A DNA stretch of 64,000 nt from NCBI GenBank assembly GCA_013265495.1, contig MU059072.1, positions 806,001-870,000 on the forward strand, written 5' to 3'. The stretch is from Vicugna vicugna. Its lineage: Eukaryota. Both the position numbers and the translations under genes were made by a program. Shown here in pieces: positions 48,841 through 61,080 of this stretch (within the stretch, counting starts at the first letter, position 1; every line of letters begins with the position of its first letter). The notes beneath the pieces were generated by a model. It saw only the letters and a list, made by a program, of their open reading frames with translations. It made no database searches and was not told the DNA's origin.

Positions 48841-50094
48841 TCTGCCATATGCTGCTCCTGAGTCCATTAGAATAAAAAATTTTTCTACCAAAAAATAAAA
48901 CATAGTATTAGAGATGATAAAGAAAATAAAGAAGAATTCTGTGTGTGAGGATGGCTTAAAAAATGAAGGGAGACCCAAATATGGTGTTCCAATTAATTCT
49001 ATAAATTTATCTTTCCATTAGGTTATAGAGCCAAATCCCAATATTCTTTCACTGTTGTAGTTTTGGTTTTTGAAAATCAACAAAGCAGAATGCTTTCTGT
49101 TTTTCATAGTTGTATTCCAGTGATTTTGTCACTAACCAGAAGATAGTGTATACATTTTGGGATCAGAGATCTGAGTTCTAATTCCAGCTCTACCCTTTAA
49201 GCTCCGTATGGCCATGAGTTCAATCTCTTGGAGCCTTGGGCTCCTCAGTTAGATGTGATGAAACTTCCACCGTTTCTTTGTAAAGACTGTGGATGTTACA
49301 TGAGTTAAGTTAGCTCATCTAGTGCTTTTGGGACCAGAGATGACCTACCCAGGTTTCTTATCTTCATAGTGGGAACCACATTACCCCTTAACGGGATTGC
49401 GGAGAGAATCAAATGACAATTTTGTAAAGAGTTTAATCCTTAAAGAATTGTACAGCTTTTAGGTGTTATCATCTCTTGAGGTTTTGCTTCATTTGCTCTT
49501 TAATTCAACAAACTTTAATTATGTCTAGTAAACCCATGAGTCTAGCATCTTTGGCTCTGAGGACTCAGAGATATTCACTGGATTCTTTTCAAGGTTCCTC
49601 TGGCTGGTGTATTTGTTTCAGGTGTCCATGAAGTTGCTGCCTGGGCTTCGTGTTACCTGTGGAAGGTGGAGGAAGGGGCATTGTGTTGGAAAACATTACT
49701 TCAGTCTTGGGAGATAGCCGAGCCTTTCCCGGGAGGGCGTGGGTAAAAGGCACCGATGACTGACAGAAGACAGTACAAGGGGGGAGTCTAAGGAAGATGG
49801 GCATACGAATTAGCGGCTGCCTAGCCCACCTGTGAGTTCCAGTAGTCACACTTTCCCTTCCCTGTGCTTCATTCCTGCTAACTCCTCTGCCTGGGGGGAC
49901 CTGCCCTCCATTCCATCCAGAATATTCCATTAGATCTCCCCAACTACCAACCTGATATACTCTCTTTCTCATTTGCATTCCTCCCATAGCACTTTGTTAA
50001 TAAGACCCTCAGGACCCTCCCTCATCATGTTCTGCCTTTACTAAACTATATAGTCCTTGAAGGAAAGAAGTTTTCACTCGATTTAGTACTCCTA

Positions 50095-50315
50095 GAAGTA
50101 TATGCCTTAGATTGCCTGGGTTCATGTCCTGGTGCCCGACTTACTATGTGTTACTGAACCTCTCTGGGCCTCAGTTTGCTCATCTGTAAAGGGGAGATAA
50201 AACCACCACCTGCCTTCAGAATTTCTGTGAGCGTTAAACAAAATAGTGCAGGAAGGCTACTGGAGTAGTGCCAGACACATAGTAAGTACTCACCAAATAC
50301 TGGTTATTGGTATTA
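50095..50315 (+). mobile_element. MIR SINE
   Basis: ctgggttcatgtcctgg...aacctctctgggcctcagtttgctcatctgtaaagggg...cacatagtaagtactc. Confidence 0.8.
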
Positions 50316-52749
50316 TAACACCTACAGCTCGAACACAAGTTTCTGGATCAACTAGGAACTAGGTTCCCTGAGAGATACGAAAGGAAGGGATCAGCTTAAA
50401 TAGGCCTGATCTGAGACTCACAGAGTCATGGGGCTTGATGGGCCCTAGGACCACGCATGTGTTGCTCCACTCCTTTCCCTGAACTTCTAAGCAAAGGACA
50501 ACCTGGGTGTCACGAAGTCATTACTGCAGGTTTCCTGCCTTCCTTCCCAGAATGACTGCTGAGTGCGCGTGGAAATAGGAGGCCAGCATGATGAGTGGGC
50601 TGACCACTTTTGCTGGATGCCTCTGGAGGTCCTGCCCCTTCACCCTTCCACTCCTCATCTGTAATGAAATAAAAAAACTTGACGGGTGAAGTTAGCAGAA
50701 GGAAATACCAAGGTTCAGCAGTGGGGCAGGGAGAAGAGAGGAAGAATGAGGGGAGGGCAGGGCAGAGAGCAGGGAGTGGGAAAACAGAAGGCGGGTTCAG
50801 AGGACATAGAGAACGGTGACAATGGAGGTGACAGGAAGAGGCAGGAAAGTACAAATTCCCGGTACTCATGGGGTAGAGAGAGCAGGAAGTCAGCCCAGGA
50901 CCCACGGGGTTTTCTGGTCTCAGTTTCTGCCTCTAGGAAGTTGAGTCACGCTCAGGAAGGAATCCAGTCGCCAGGTGGCAGTGGTGGCTCAGTCACATGT
51001 TTTGAGCCAACTGTGGACAACAAATCCTCCCCTTGTTTACCAAAACTATGTGTTAAGGCAGTGGAGCTCAAAAGTAAACAATGACATTGGATAGTTCCTA
51101 CTAGGCAGAGTTTTGAAGAAAAGCAACTCCAGGTGCAAATAGGTACCTTTCTCTGTACTTCATAACTGTTTTTAATCACAGATGAGAGGAATTAGAGAAT
51201 TCTGGATTTTGTTTAAAACGATCCTGTAAGACTCAGGAGAGGAGAAGCATAAGCCAAAGAGCAGGAAGCTCTACCACTTAGGTCTGTATTCACTGAAATT
51301 TAACTGTGAGAAATGAAACAAGGTAAATTTTCCATTTTTTTTTTTTTTTTGGGCTTTAAAATCCAGGTGGGTAATTTTGGGCTCCAGCGGCATCCGCTCT
51401 TCACATGTTCTCTTCAGAGTGCGTTTGCTCTGGTCACATTGTGATAAGCCAGTAAATAATTTCTGCTGTAACAGGCGCCTGTGACTCTTTCATCCCGAGC
51501 TGAGGAAAAGCCTTGATAGCGCAAAGCCATTTATTCCTTTTGGGCTGCTTGTAGGTACTTGTTTTTTTTCAGCTCTGTTTTATTGGAACTTGGACAAAAC
51601 TACACACACACCCCCACACCCATACACCTTGCCTGTTCTTGAGTTGAAAATTTAAGAGCTCGAGACAGTGAAATGAGTGGACTGATTCTAAATTCAACCT
51701 CCAGCATTTGAGAATGACACAATTCTAATATTTTAAAAACAGAAGTAAGAACAGTTTATAGATTGGGAATGCTAATTATACATTTAAACAGAGCTAGAAA
51801 AGTTTTAGGCTAAGATGTCAAAATAAATTGCTAAAATTTTTATCAATTCTTCTCAGACATTGACATCTTTTGGGATTTTATTAAAAAAACACTTATTTTG
51901 AAATAAATTTTGAAATTTAAAAGACACAGTGTTCCAATGTACAAAGCTGCCAGAATTCTAAAACTCGAAATGAGTTGAATCGAAATGAGTTGTTTCCAAA
52001 GCACGGATGAATGACTGAACAGAATAATTAATCTCTGCCAAAGACCAGCTACCTGCCTCTGAATGGTTTCTACTTTGACTGTATTTTCTATTCTATCCTG
52101 TGTTCCTGCTTAGCCCCCACTTTCCTTCTCTTTTGCCTTCCTTATACCCCACCATCTTTTCTTTTTTCTTGTGTATTTTTTAAATCTTGTTTTCCCTTTA
52201 ATCTTTCTCTCCTTTTAATTTTTCCTTGCCTCTCTAATTTTTTTCTTTAGTTTCTTCTACTTCATTTTTGTCTTTCCCCATCTTTGTCTGCCTCCTGCTC
52301 TTAGCCGATAACTAAGGAATTAAAATATGTGCATATAAGTATTTCCAGTTATCCTGTTTATTGGGGGAAGTTTTATATTTTCCATTAGTGATTATCAAAG
52401 CAAGAAAATAGGATTTGATATATTTCTATAAATATATATAAAATTATATATATATGTATATAAATTGTATACATTTCTACTAAAATAATAAATGAAGTGG
52501 CTATTACTTTATATATCTGTCTCTTGCCCTTGCTTATGTTCTGATGGTCAAGGGCGTGCAAAGCAGGGACGGGGAAGTAGAGGGTGGGTTTGATCCGTGG
52601 TCTGTGGCAGAGAGATGGAACAGGATTTCACCTCTCACTTTTTGCCAAGGCTCTGCTGGCTCGTTAGTAGTGGAAGTGTGGTGCAGTGTAGAAGGCTTTC
52701 AACCCATCTTCCTGTCTCAAACATTCTTTGTCATGGTTTTTCAAAATAG

Positions 52750-52820
52750 GCTGATCTGCTGCTCCTATCAAGTAGTGAGCCACATGGCCTCTGTTACATC
52801 GAAACCGCTGAGCTTGATGG
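52750..52820 (+). CDS. ATP8B4: ATP8B4 coding exon (71 nt, phase 0-2): ADLLLLSSSEPHGLCYIETAELD(G)
   Basis: Acceptor ttttcaaaatag|GCT; donor TGG|gtgagt. Contains the first half of the DGET actuator signature. Confidence 0.97.
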
Positions 52821-53048
52821 GTGAGTGATTAAAGTTAAAATGCTTGATTAGATTGGTTTTCAATTTATTGAAGAGTAATGGCTTTAGAAACAGGGCCTAA
52901 CTGAAACCTTAAACCTTATTCTTCACTTTATTTTCTTGAAAGAAATTAGACTCTAAGTTGCAAAGTCTATTTGCTAATTATTTTGTAGATCTTGTAAAAA
53001 TTGCCTTTTCTCTTGAATTTATATATTTAGTTTTCAGAAACAGTGAGC

Positions 53049-53052
<4 letters not shown>

Positions 53053-53096
<44 letters not shown>
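53053..53096. repeat. (TA)22 microsatellite
   Basis: Read directly; about 230 bp downstream of the 52750-52820 exon. Confidence 0.97.
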
Positions 53097-53100
<4 letters not shown>

Positions 53101-53674
53101 TATAATTTCACACAGGGGCTCTCCACTGAGATTCCCTGGAAGGGTTGGTTTGTTTGCTTGTTTGTTTTAAATTTCAAGTGATTCTTTAAAGAAAATGAGA
53201 GGACTGGCAATCAAGATCCCTTGAGGAAAGAAGGACTGATGTTACTTTAGAAGGCAATCTTTTGGAACTAGGTCAATTGAAGATGTAGAGAGAAGAGAGA
53301 AATGGGGTATAATGCAGCTTTGACATTGATGTTAATTTAGAACTTAGTTATACACCATATAATAATTCTGATTCAGTGGATTTAGTTTGTCTGACATAAA
53401 ACTTATCAAATGCTTACATTTTAAAGGTACTGCATACATTTCTTAGATGGATTTTGTCATTTAATCTTGACCTAGGTACTGTATAAGCCACATGGTAGAG
53501 ATGAGGCTTACAGAGACTAGAAAATTTGTCCCAGACTTCTAAAGTGTGAAGTCAGGATTCAAACCTGGCAGTCAGATAAAAGAACCCATGGTTTTAACCA
53601 CAGTCTCCCAAATCATTGCCATATTGAGCTATCCAAAGAGTGTTCAGCCTGTGCAGTCCTACCCTTGGTTTGGG

Positions 53675-55478
53675 CAGGAGCTAAAATAGTGCTGAGAGGG
53701 AAATTTATAGCAATACATGTATACACTTGGAAAGAGAAAAGCTCTCAAATCATTTATCTAACCTTCCATCTCAAGAACCTAAACAATAGCAAAATGAACC
53801 CAAAGCAAGCAGAAGGAAGGAGGTAAAGACAAGAGTAGAAATCAGTGAATTTGAAAAATAAAAGAAACAACAGAGAAAATCAATGAAACAAAGAGCTGAT
53901 TCTTTGAAAATATCAATAAAAATTGACAAATTTTTTATGAAGATTGGGAAAGAAAAAGAGAGAAGACACAAATTAACAATACCATGAATGAACCATGGGA
54001 TATTATAACATCCTGAAGTCATTAGAATGGTAAGGAAATGCTACAAGCAACTCCGTACATGTTAAGTTAACAATGTAGATAAAGTGGACCACTTCATCAA
54101 AAACCAAATTATCACAACTTATCCAATGTGAAGTAGGTAATTTGAAAAGTGCTCTAACTATTAAGGATGCTGAATTCAAATGTAAAACATAAAACCATAA
54201 ACCCTTTACAGAAAAATGTAGTAGAAAATCTTCAAGACCTAGGGCTAGTCAGTTCTTAGATTCTGTCAGTCAGTGAACACGGTGGCATGGAGTTGGCGAG
54301 GAGCCTGGGTGGCTTGCAGCATGATGCTGGTGCATTTAAAAAAAAAAAGTTCTTAGATTTGACACAAAAGGCATAATCCATAAAGGGAAAATTTGATAAA
54401 CTGGATTTCATCAGATTAATTTTTTTTCCTTTGCAGAAGACCTTATTAAGAGGATGAAAAATAAGCTATAGATTAGGAGAAAATATTTGCAATCTGTCTA
54501 TCTGACAAAGGACTTGTATCTTGAATATGTGAAAACTACTCAAAACTCCACAGTAAGAAAACAATCCAATTCAATTAGAAGATTGAGGATTGGCAAAAGA
54601 TATGAAGGGACAGTTTACGAAAGATGACATAGAGATGGCAAACAAGCACATGAAAAGATGTTCAAGAGCATTAGCCTTAGGGATATTAAAATTAAAACCA
54701 CAGTGAGATCCTACTACACACCTATCAGAATAGCTAACATAAAAAATAGTGACAACTCTAAATGCTGGCAAGGTGTAGAAAAACAGGATCACCCACACAT
54801 TGCCGATGGGAATGTAAAGTGCTATGGTGAGTCTGGAAAACAGTTTGCAGTTTCTTAACAAACTAAACAAACATGTATAAAACAACCCTGAAACATACAA
54901 CCCAGCTGTTTCATTACTGGGCATTTATCCCAAAGAAATGAAGACTTATGTCTACTCAAAAACTTGTATAGAAATATTTAGGGCAGCTTTATTTGTAACA
55001 TCCCCAAGCTGGAAACAACTTATAGGTCCTTCGGCACATGAGTGGTTAAACAAACTATGGTACATCCATATCATAGAATATTACTGAGCAATAAAAAGGA
55101 GTGAACTATTGAGACATGCACCAACCTGGATGAATCTTCCCAGAAGCACGTTGCATGAAAAAAAAAAAAAAGCCAATCCCAAAGGCTCACATGCTGTATT
55201 ATTTCATTTATATAACATTTCTATAAAATTAGAGAAATGGACCACAGATTAGGGGTTGCCAGGAGTTAAAGATGGACTAGAGGAGACAAGGAAGTGAGTG
55301 TGGCCACACAGGGAGACCTGAGGAATCCTTGTGTGGAGTAAATATTCTGTATCTTGACTGTGTCAGTGTCAGTATCCTGGTTGTGATATTGTGATACAGT
55401 TATACAAGATGTCACTATTAGCAGAAACTGAGTAAAGGGTACACAGAATTTTTCTGTATTGTTTCTTATGCTAAAAAT
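53675..55478 (+). mobile_element. Old L1 (L1MC1/2-like): ORF2 remnants with a large internal deletion near 54180, plus 3' UTR
   Basis: gagggaaatttatagca...aatcaatgaaacaaagagctgattctttgaaaa; cacatgaaaagatgttc...ctaacataaaaaatagtgacaactctaaatgctggcaagg; 3' end gtatcttgactgtgtcagtgtcagtatcctggttgtgatattg. Confidence 0.88.
54263..54347 (+). other. Short orphan retro-insertion (75 nt unique sequence plus A10) inside the old L1
   Basis: Perfect 12-bp direct repeat AGTTCTTAGATT at 54251-54262 and 54348-54359, with poly(A) at 54338-54347. The body matches nothing I recognise. Confidence 0.85.
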
Positions 55479-56235
55479 CATCTTGAAGTTTTATCAAGAT
55501 ATTGAGGCAGATTAAGGAAGAGTATAGCATGACACTGAAGGTATTAATCAGGAGTTCTACCTACAGAAGAAGAGAATTAGGTTGAACTCAGTGAGAAAAC
55601 TGGAATGGCAAGCCCTTTAACCATGAGAGTTGAGTGATGGTCGTAGAATCTTCTCTGCTGGTCAATTCATGAATATCAGAGAGCTATTTTTCCAATGTAT
55701 GTGTGGTCCTGCCTGGAAGATGATCAGTCCACTGTGATCTGCTGGTTCCCTGGCTGGTTGTATGATTCTAGACTTATGGGATTGTTGGCTTGATTCTCCA
55801 AGAAAGAGAAAGCTGTATTCCTTTTCCCATTTGAATTCCAGCTACTGTGAAATTAGCCATGACCATCTTTTGCAAGTAAGGGTGCTACATAGATAGTAGA
55901 CTCTGGAGTTGAAACTGGCCTCCTTTACTTGGCAGTTGTTCCCATTCCTAATGTGTTTTGTTGCTCATGCATGGTTTGAATGAAAGCGTATTTATTATGT
56001 CCTCTGGTATTTCAAATAGCAAAATAGATGACTGTGTTGTTACACAGATGTGCCGTGAGTGGAATGCCAACTCTTAGGTGCTGGCAAAGCCCTGTCTACT
56101 TTCCCTAGGTAGTGTGAGAGGTGGAAATGACATTCAGAGGGATGGTGCAAGTGCTGCACGCCTCTGATTGCTCTGTGTAAGTGGCGGTTGGGCTGTTCCA
56201 TACAGAAGTTCAGGTCATGTCTGTTAATTTCACAG

Positions 56236-56318
56236 GGAAACAAACCTCAAAGTGCGCCACGCACTATCAGTTACCTCGGAACTTGGAGCCGATATTAGCA
56301 GACTTGCAAAGTTTGATG
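56236..56318 (+). CDS. ATP8B4: ATP8B4 coding exon (83 nt, phase 2-1): (G)ETNLKVRHALSVTSELGADISRLAKFD(G)
   Basis: Acceptor ttaatttcacag|G; donor ATG|gtaagt. Completes the DGETNLK motif across the exon junction. Confidence 0.97.
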
Positions 56319-57749
56319 GTAAGTGTTTAAAACTGACAAATGAAAAATCTCAAAATCAAAAAGCTTTTGTAACAAAATGTAACAAACTAGTTATCTGAAA
56401 TTCAATTTATGTTTCTATTTATTTGGTGGAAGGACATAAAATTCTCCAGGCATTGAAGCCTATAATCTCTTCTGATGCTTAAGAGTAAGAGTGTTTACCG
56501 AGGGGAGAATGGCTTTATCAGGTCATCGTTCCTTTCATCCTTGTCTCCTCTTCTCTACATCTTGTTCCCTCTAGTCCCACAATATCCTTCACTTGCCTGA
56601 CCTGAATCTCCCTGGAGCCTTATGCAGACTTGCAGAGGATGAATGCAGGCCATGTTCTAGATCTGATCAGCCATCCATTCTCTGGTTCTATAACAAGGGC
56701 CAGTTCTAGACTGCAGACTTCTTGAAGACTTTGTGCCTCATATATTTCTGTATCTTGCAGAGTGCCTGGCATAATGTCTTAAATACAGCAGATAGTGCAA
56801 GAAGGGTAGTCTGATTTATGAATCAGTTGGTTTATTTTAGACCATTTTTTGTTATCACCATCTTCACACTGTTCAACCCAGTCTCCTGCTCTTCATCGTG
56901 GTCTCCCCACCTGTTCTATTACAGCTATGTCTTGTTCTTTTCTGTTAAAGCTGTTGCAGAGAAACAAAATCCTTTGAGTCAAAGGAAGGAGCCATTAATG
57001 ATAGGACTGCAGGCATCTGACAGGCTGTGGAAGAATCTTTGGGGTCTTCCTGCCGCCCCTCAGTGGTCTTTCACTTTACATGCTTGTATGTCTGGCCTCC
57101 AATATCAGTATTTCCATACAGATTAGTTTTGTTTATTAACAAATCTTTATGAGTTTGAGACTATCTTTCAGATGTTTTCTCTGGAGTCCACTAAAGGAAA
57201 ATGTGGATAAAGGTCTTAGCATGATCCCATGAGTCAGAGCACAGGCACATTTATGTTATAAGATTTCTACAGTGCACAGCCTAGAACGTACATTGCCTGT
57301 GCCTTGCATTAGCTTGTGTGGGTGCTCTTAATATTTTAATCTTTCTTAATTGAGTGCTGTTATAACAAATGTTTATAGAAAAAAATATTCCCCCAGTTTG
57401 AGACTTAAGTCAGGGGAATAGCCAGGAAACTAAATGGCCAAAGAAGTATTTTGCTTAGATTAAAACAAATTACACGTTTTCTACTAAGTAATTTTTTTCA
57501 ATGAAAATTTACTGTTATGTGAATCCAAGAAAAGTAAATTGTGTTCATGAATCAAAATACTTGCTTAAAATACATCACAGAATATTTATGGAGTCCTAAA
57601 AAGGGCAGCCTCAATATAATTTACCATTACTCATTTCTTTCCTGGCTGTATACTTCTATCAATCTATGAGGAGGTATAATTCATGATTTTTTGCTTTCTT
57701 TACCATCAAAAAGAAAGAAAATGATGTTGTAATTACCAGTTCATTCTCT

Positions 57750-58070
57750 TTCATAGCTGTTGGCACAGATAGCCTGCACTATGATTCAGCTACAAACAAT
57801 TCTGAAATCATAGTGGCATAAACAGTAAAAGTTTATTTCTTCCTCATGTCACGTTCTGCTGCAGGTTGGGTGGCCTTCTTCATCTTTTAGCCATGATGGC
57901 CTCTCAGGTGAGCACATCAAAGTAAGGATGAGATGAAAGGGACAGACTGACTTTTCACTGCTCTTCCTCTCACATTTCACTGGCCAGCATGAGTCACATG
58001 AGCCTGACCTGAATGCAAGGGAGGTTGGGAAATAACATGGATATTTGATGAGTGCTAACTATCTCCACCA
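57750..58070 (+). mobile_element. Old MaLR LTR (MLT1I/J-like)
   Basis: ctacaaacaattctgaaatcatagtggcataaacagtaaaagtttatttcttcctcatg...cacatttcactggccagcatgagtcacatg...gcaagggaggttgggaaat. Confidence 0.6.
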
Positions 58071-59566
58071 CACCCTCCCACAGCTCTGACCAGAGGTCAG
58101 TTCCAGGATAGCGTAGGAAGGGCCAGGCCGGATTGGGTAGTTGTCATCCTTGAAACTGTAGGAATGAGGCCAAGAATCCTCCTTCTCAGCATGACTCCTC
58201 CTACCCCTCTCAGTCCTCCCTGTCTTGCTTGACTTTCTCATCTTCTCATAGCACGTATCACCGTCTTGACCTATTGACAACTTGCTTGTTTTCTAAGTTT
58301 ATTATTGATTTAGCTCTCCCTGCTACAGTGTAAGCTGCACAGGGGTCTTTACTTTGCTCACTGATATGTGCCAAGTCCCTAGAACAAAGTCTAGCACATA
58401 GTAGGTGCTAAATAAATTCTTGTAGAATGTGTGAAAAATGGTTGCAGGTGCCAGGGAGAGGAGGGGTGGGGTCAGGATCAGGCTGAGAAAGACATTGGAC
58501 AGCGAAGGAAGGGCCTAAGGCTGGGGGCAGTGTGAAAGAACAGGGTGAGGAGGAAGCCTCCTGATGGGGCTTGCAGGGCAAAGCAAGAGCGCTCAGTCCC
58601 CTCCTCCAGGAGGGCAGGTGACTGGGAGAGGGATCATCTGTTGTGGTGGCTTTCATTATCTCTTTTCTTTAGGATACTTTCTCCAAATGCAATTTAACCC
58701 AGAAACCCCAAATTTAAACTAACACACGTGGTGCTGCTCCAGCTGAGGCAGGAAAACACTTTCTTACTTAAAACAACTCGTTTATCACAGATGGGATAAC
58801 AGGTCCTGAGAGGGGAAAGGATTTGCTTATGTATAGAAATAGTCTTTTTTATTGCTTCATAACATTTGTTTTAAAAGTGCATTAATAATTATTACTTAAT
58901 AGTTGTGGCCTGAATTTGCTTCACATGGCTTAGGTAACTCACCAAATCTCTGCTGTACAGTTGTTTTCCCAAATAAAGGCAATACAGATCCCTCTTGTCT
59001 CTCACTTGTACATAAACTGTGGTCACTTTTCAGAGAATGTGTAATGCCAAATTCATGAGGCTGGTATACTTCTGGGTTAAGTACTGGGTTTCTGCTAGGT
59101 TTACTGTTTTATTTTTAAATCTTGGGTTGAGTTTCAGTTTACCTTAAAGTTCAAGGCAATATGATGTTCCATGGGTTTAACCTTATTAAAATATGGTTTC
59201 CTGTTTCCAAGAAAGCATCTGAAAAATGAATAGAAGGATTAAGGGGAAATAAATTAGATATAATATACAAACTAGATTTCCCCCGTTAGCAGCCAAATTT
59301 AAAGACCAAGGGAGTGACGCAAGATGTGGAAAGTCTTTGAAAAAGTTGGAACAGTTAACAAACCCCAAATCCTCCCCACAACTGCTTTTGTTTTCCTATA
59401 GCCTTCAACTTTCGCTCCATTCCCATCTTTCTCAGCTCTAGTTAATTTCAATCTCTCCCTGTCTCTCTGACACACATGTTCATACCCTATATACTATATA
59501 CACACATTTCTCTAATGACCCCATTTCACCATTTTTTCTTTCTTTATTCCCTTTTTGCATTCTTCC

Positions 59567-59733
59567 TTTTTTTAAATAATTTTTTTCTGTTTTTTAACAT
59601 ACATTTGTTTTTTTTATTTTATTTATTATTTATTTAAAAAATTTTTCCCCTTAATGGAGGCACTGGGGCTTGAACCCAGGACCCTTGTGCATGCCAAGCA
59701 TGCACTCTACCACTGAGCTATACCCCCCACCCC
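59567..59733 (-). mobile_element. tRNA-Ala-derived SINE (camelid vic-1 type) with an 11-bp TSD
   Basis: TSD TGCATTCTTCC at 59556-59566 and 59734-59744. tRNA-like head at 59655-59728 with A-box TAGCTCAGTGG and B-box GGTTCAAGCCC, ending in CCA. Confidence 0.9.
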
Positions 59734-60639
59734 TGCATTCTTCCCGGCTATTCTCTTTACATCTTCCTCTTCCACTCTTTGTTAGTTTAGTTATTTTCTC
59801 TACCTGCATTGTTTTTTTTTCTGTTGTTCTTTATCATTTCTATTTTCATCACACTCTCCATATTAATTCGTTTATTAAGTCTGTTCATTAAGCACGTCTA
59901 GGGACAGGATGCAATATAAAGTATGTAGAATTACAGCATATCGTAACGTGTATTATTAAGGTTCTTTTGGTCCTTTAACTCCTCCATTCTTTTCCTACCC
60001 CCTCTTTTTTGTCTCCTCTGTTCACCTTTGTCATAATGGGGTATCAGGAGATTTCAGATTTTCCTCTGGTGACTAAAAAAGACTTCCTGGAGTCATAGGA
60101 ATTAAAACCAGATATTGCATCCTTTAGCTTAAATTAAAAGCATGATATCAGCATTGTGTACATTTGGACACACTCTGCCTTGCTGTGGGAAGGTCTAATA
60201 AGTGAAATGGCCGTGTGAGACCTCCCCTTTCCCATGGTCTGTGCAATGCACATCTTTTAGCTTGTGACTTCTGGGAAAATCTGAGTATGGCGTTATTTTT
60301 GCTTCTAGTTACCATGTGGTTTTTCTTCTGAGATTTGTCAAAATACTTTCTTTAGCACCAAACTATAGTTTTCTGTCCTTGTGTCATAAGTGCACATCTT
60401 CTAAGTATTTGAAGACCAGAGTTTCCCACTCCTATCCCTAGAGAAGTCCCCACTGGGAACCCCAAACTGGGGACAACACCAAGGATCAGGACTGAGATGG
60501 CTAGGGCCTCAGGATGTCTCTTGTAAGTCTGCTTGCCTCTCCACTTTTGTTCTTAAACCCAAGAATGGTATCTTGTGGGTTCAAGAATGGTCTTCAGGCA
60601 TGGCATTAGCTTTCATTCATTCTTTACTTTCTTTTACCT

Positions 60640-61080
60640 ACTCACTCACCTGTTCATTTACTCACTAAATGTATATTTAACACAGTGCCTAAGGATTTGC
60701 TAAGCCTGGGGATGCAGTGGTTAATAAGTCAGACCCAGCCCTTGCTTTCATAGCACATACAAGCCTGGGGAGAAGACAGACTTGAACAAGAGCTCATCCC
60801 CAAAGAAGCCTTTAATTATGCAAAAGCCCTAAAGTTCTCAGGCCCTAAACATGATGTGGACACTTGAACAAGTGTTCACTGTGTACCAGGCACCATGCTA
60901 ATTAATTGCAAACATTATCTTACTCAACCTTATAGCCCTGGGAGGAAGAGATTGCCCATAAATTGAAAGCAATAACAAGGAATCTGAGATCCAGATAAAT
61001 TGAATAACTCTCCCAAGGTCACGTGGTTACTAAGTGGAGGAGCTAGACTATGAACCCAGGAGTGCTGGCAAAGCCTAGTC
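60640..61080 (-). mobile_element. Adjacent L2 3' end and MIR fragment
   Basis: ttcatttactcactaaatgtatatttaacacagtgcc...ggggatgcagtggttaataagtcagaccc; then ccaggcaccatgcta...cccaaggtcacgtggttactaagtggaggagctag. Confidence 0.6.

Larger units (their letters stand above)
10699..56318 (+). other. ATP8B4: Internal part of the ATP8B4 gene (six coding exons; introns of 3365, 2605, 28147, 7586 and 3415 bp); the gene extends beyond both window ends
   Basis: The joined exons give one open frame with phases 0-0, 0-0, 0-2, 2-0, 0-2, 2-1. The peptide matches the recalled ATP8B4 sequence ([56 protein letters not shown]) better than the recalled ATP8B2 or ATP8B1. Confidence 0.95.

Noticed and set aside
56206-56235. 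Alternative acceptor 30 nt upstream of the last exon
   Set aside because: It has a weak pyrimidine tract and the extension contains an in-frame TAA; there is no sign of use.
59655-59728. tRNA-Ala gene calls here and at 41407-41481
   Set aside because: Both have A-rich tails and TSD-like flanks and deviate from tRNA-Ala. They are SINE heads, not tRNA genes.
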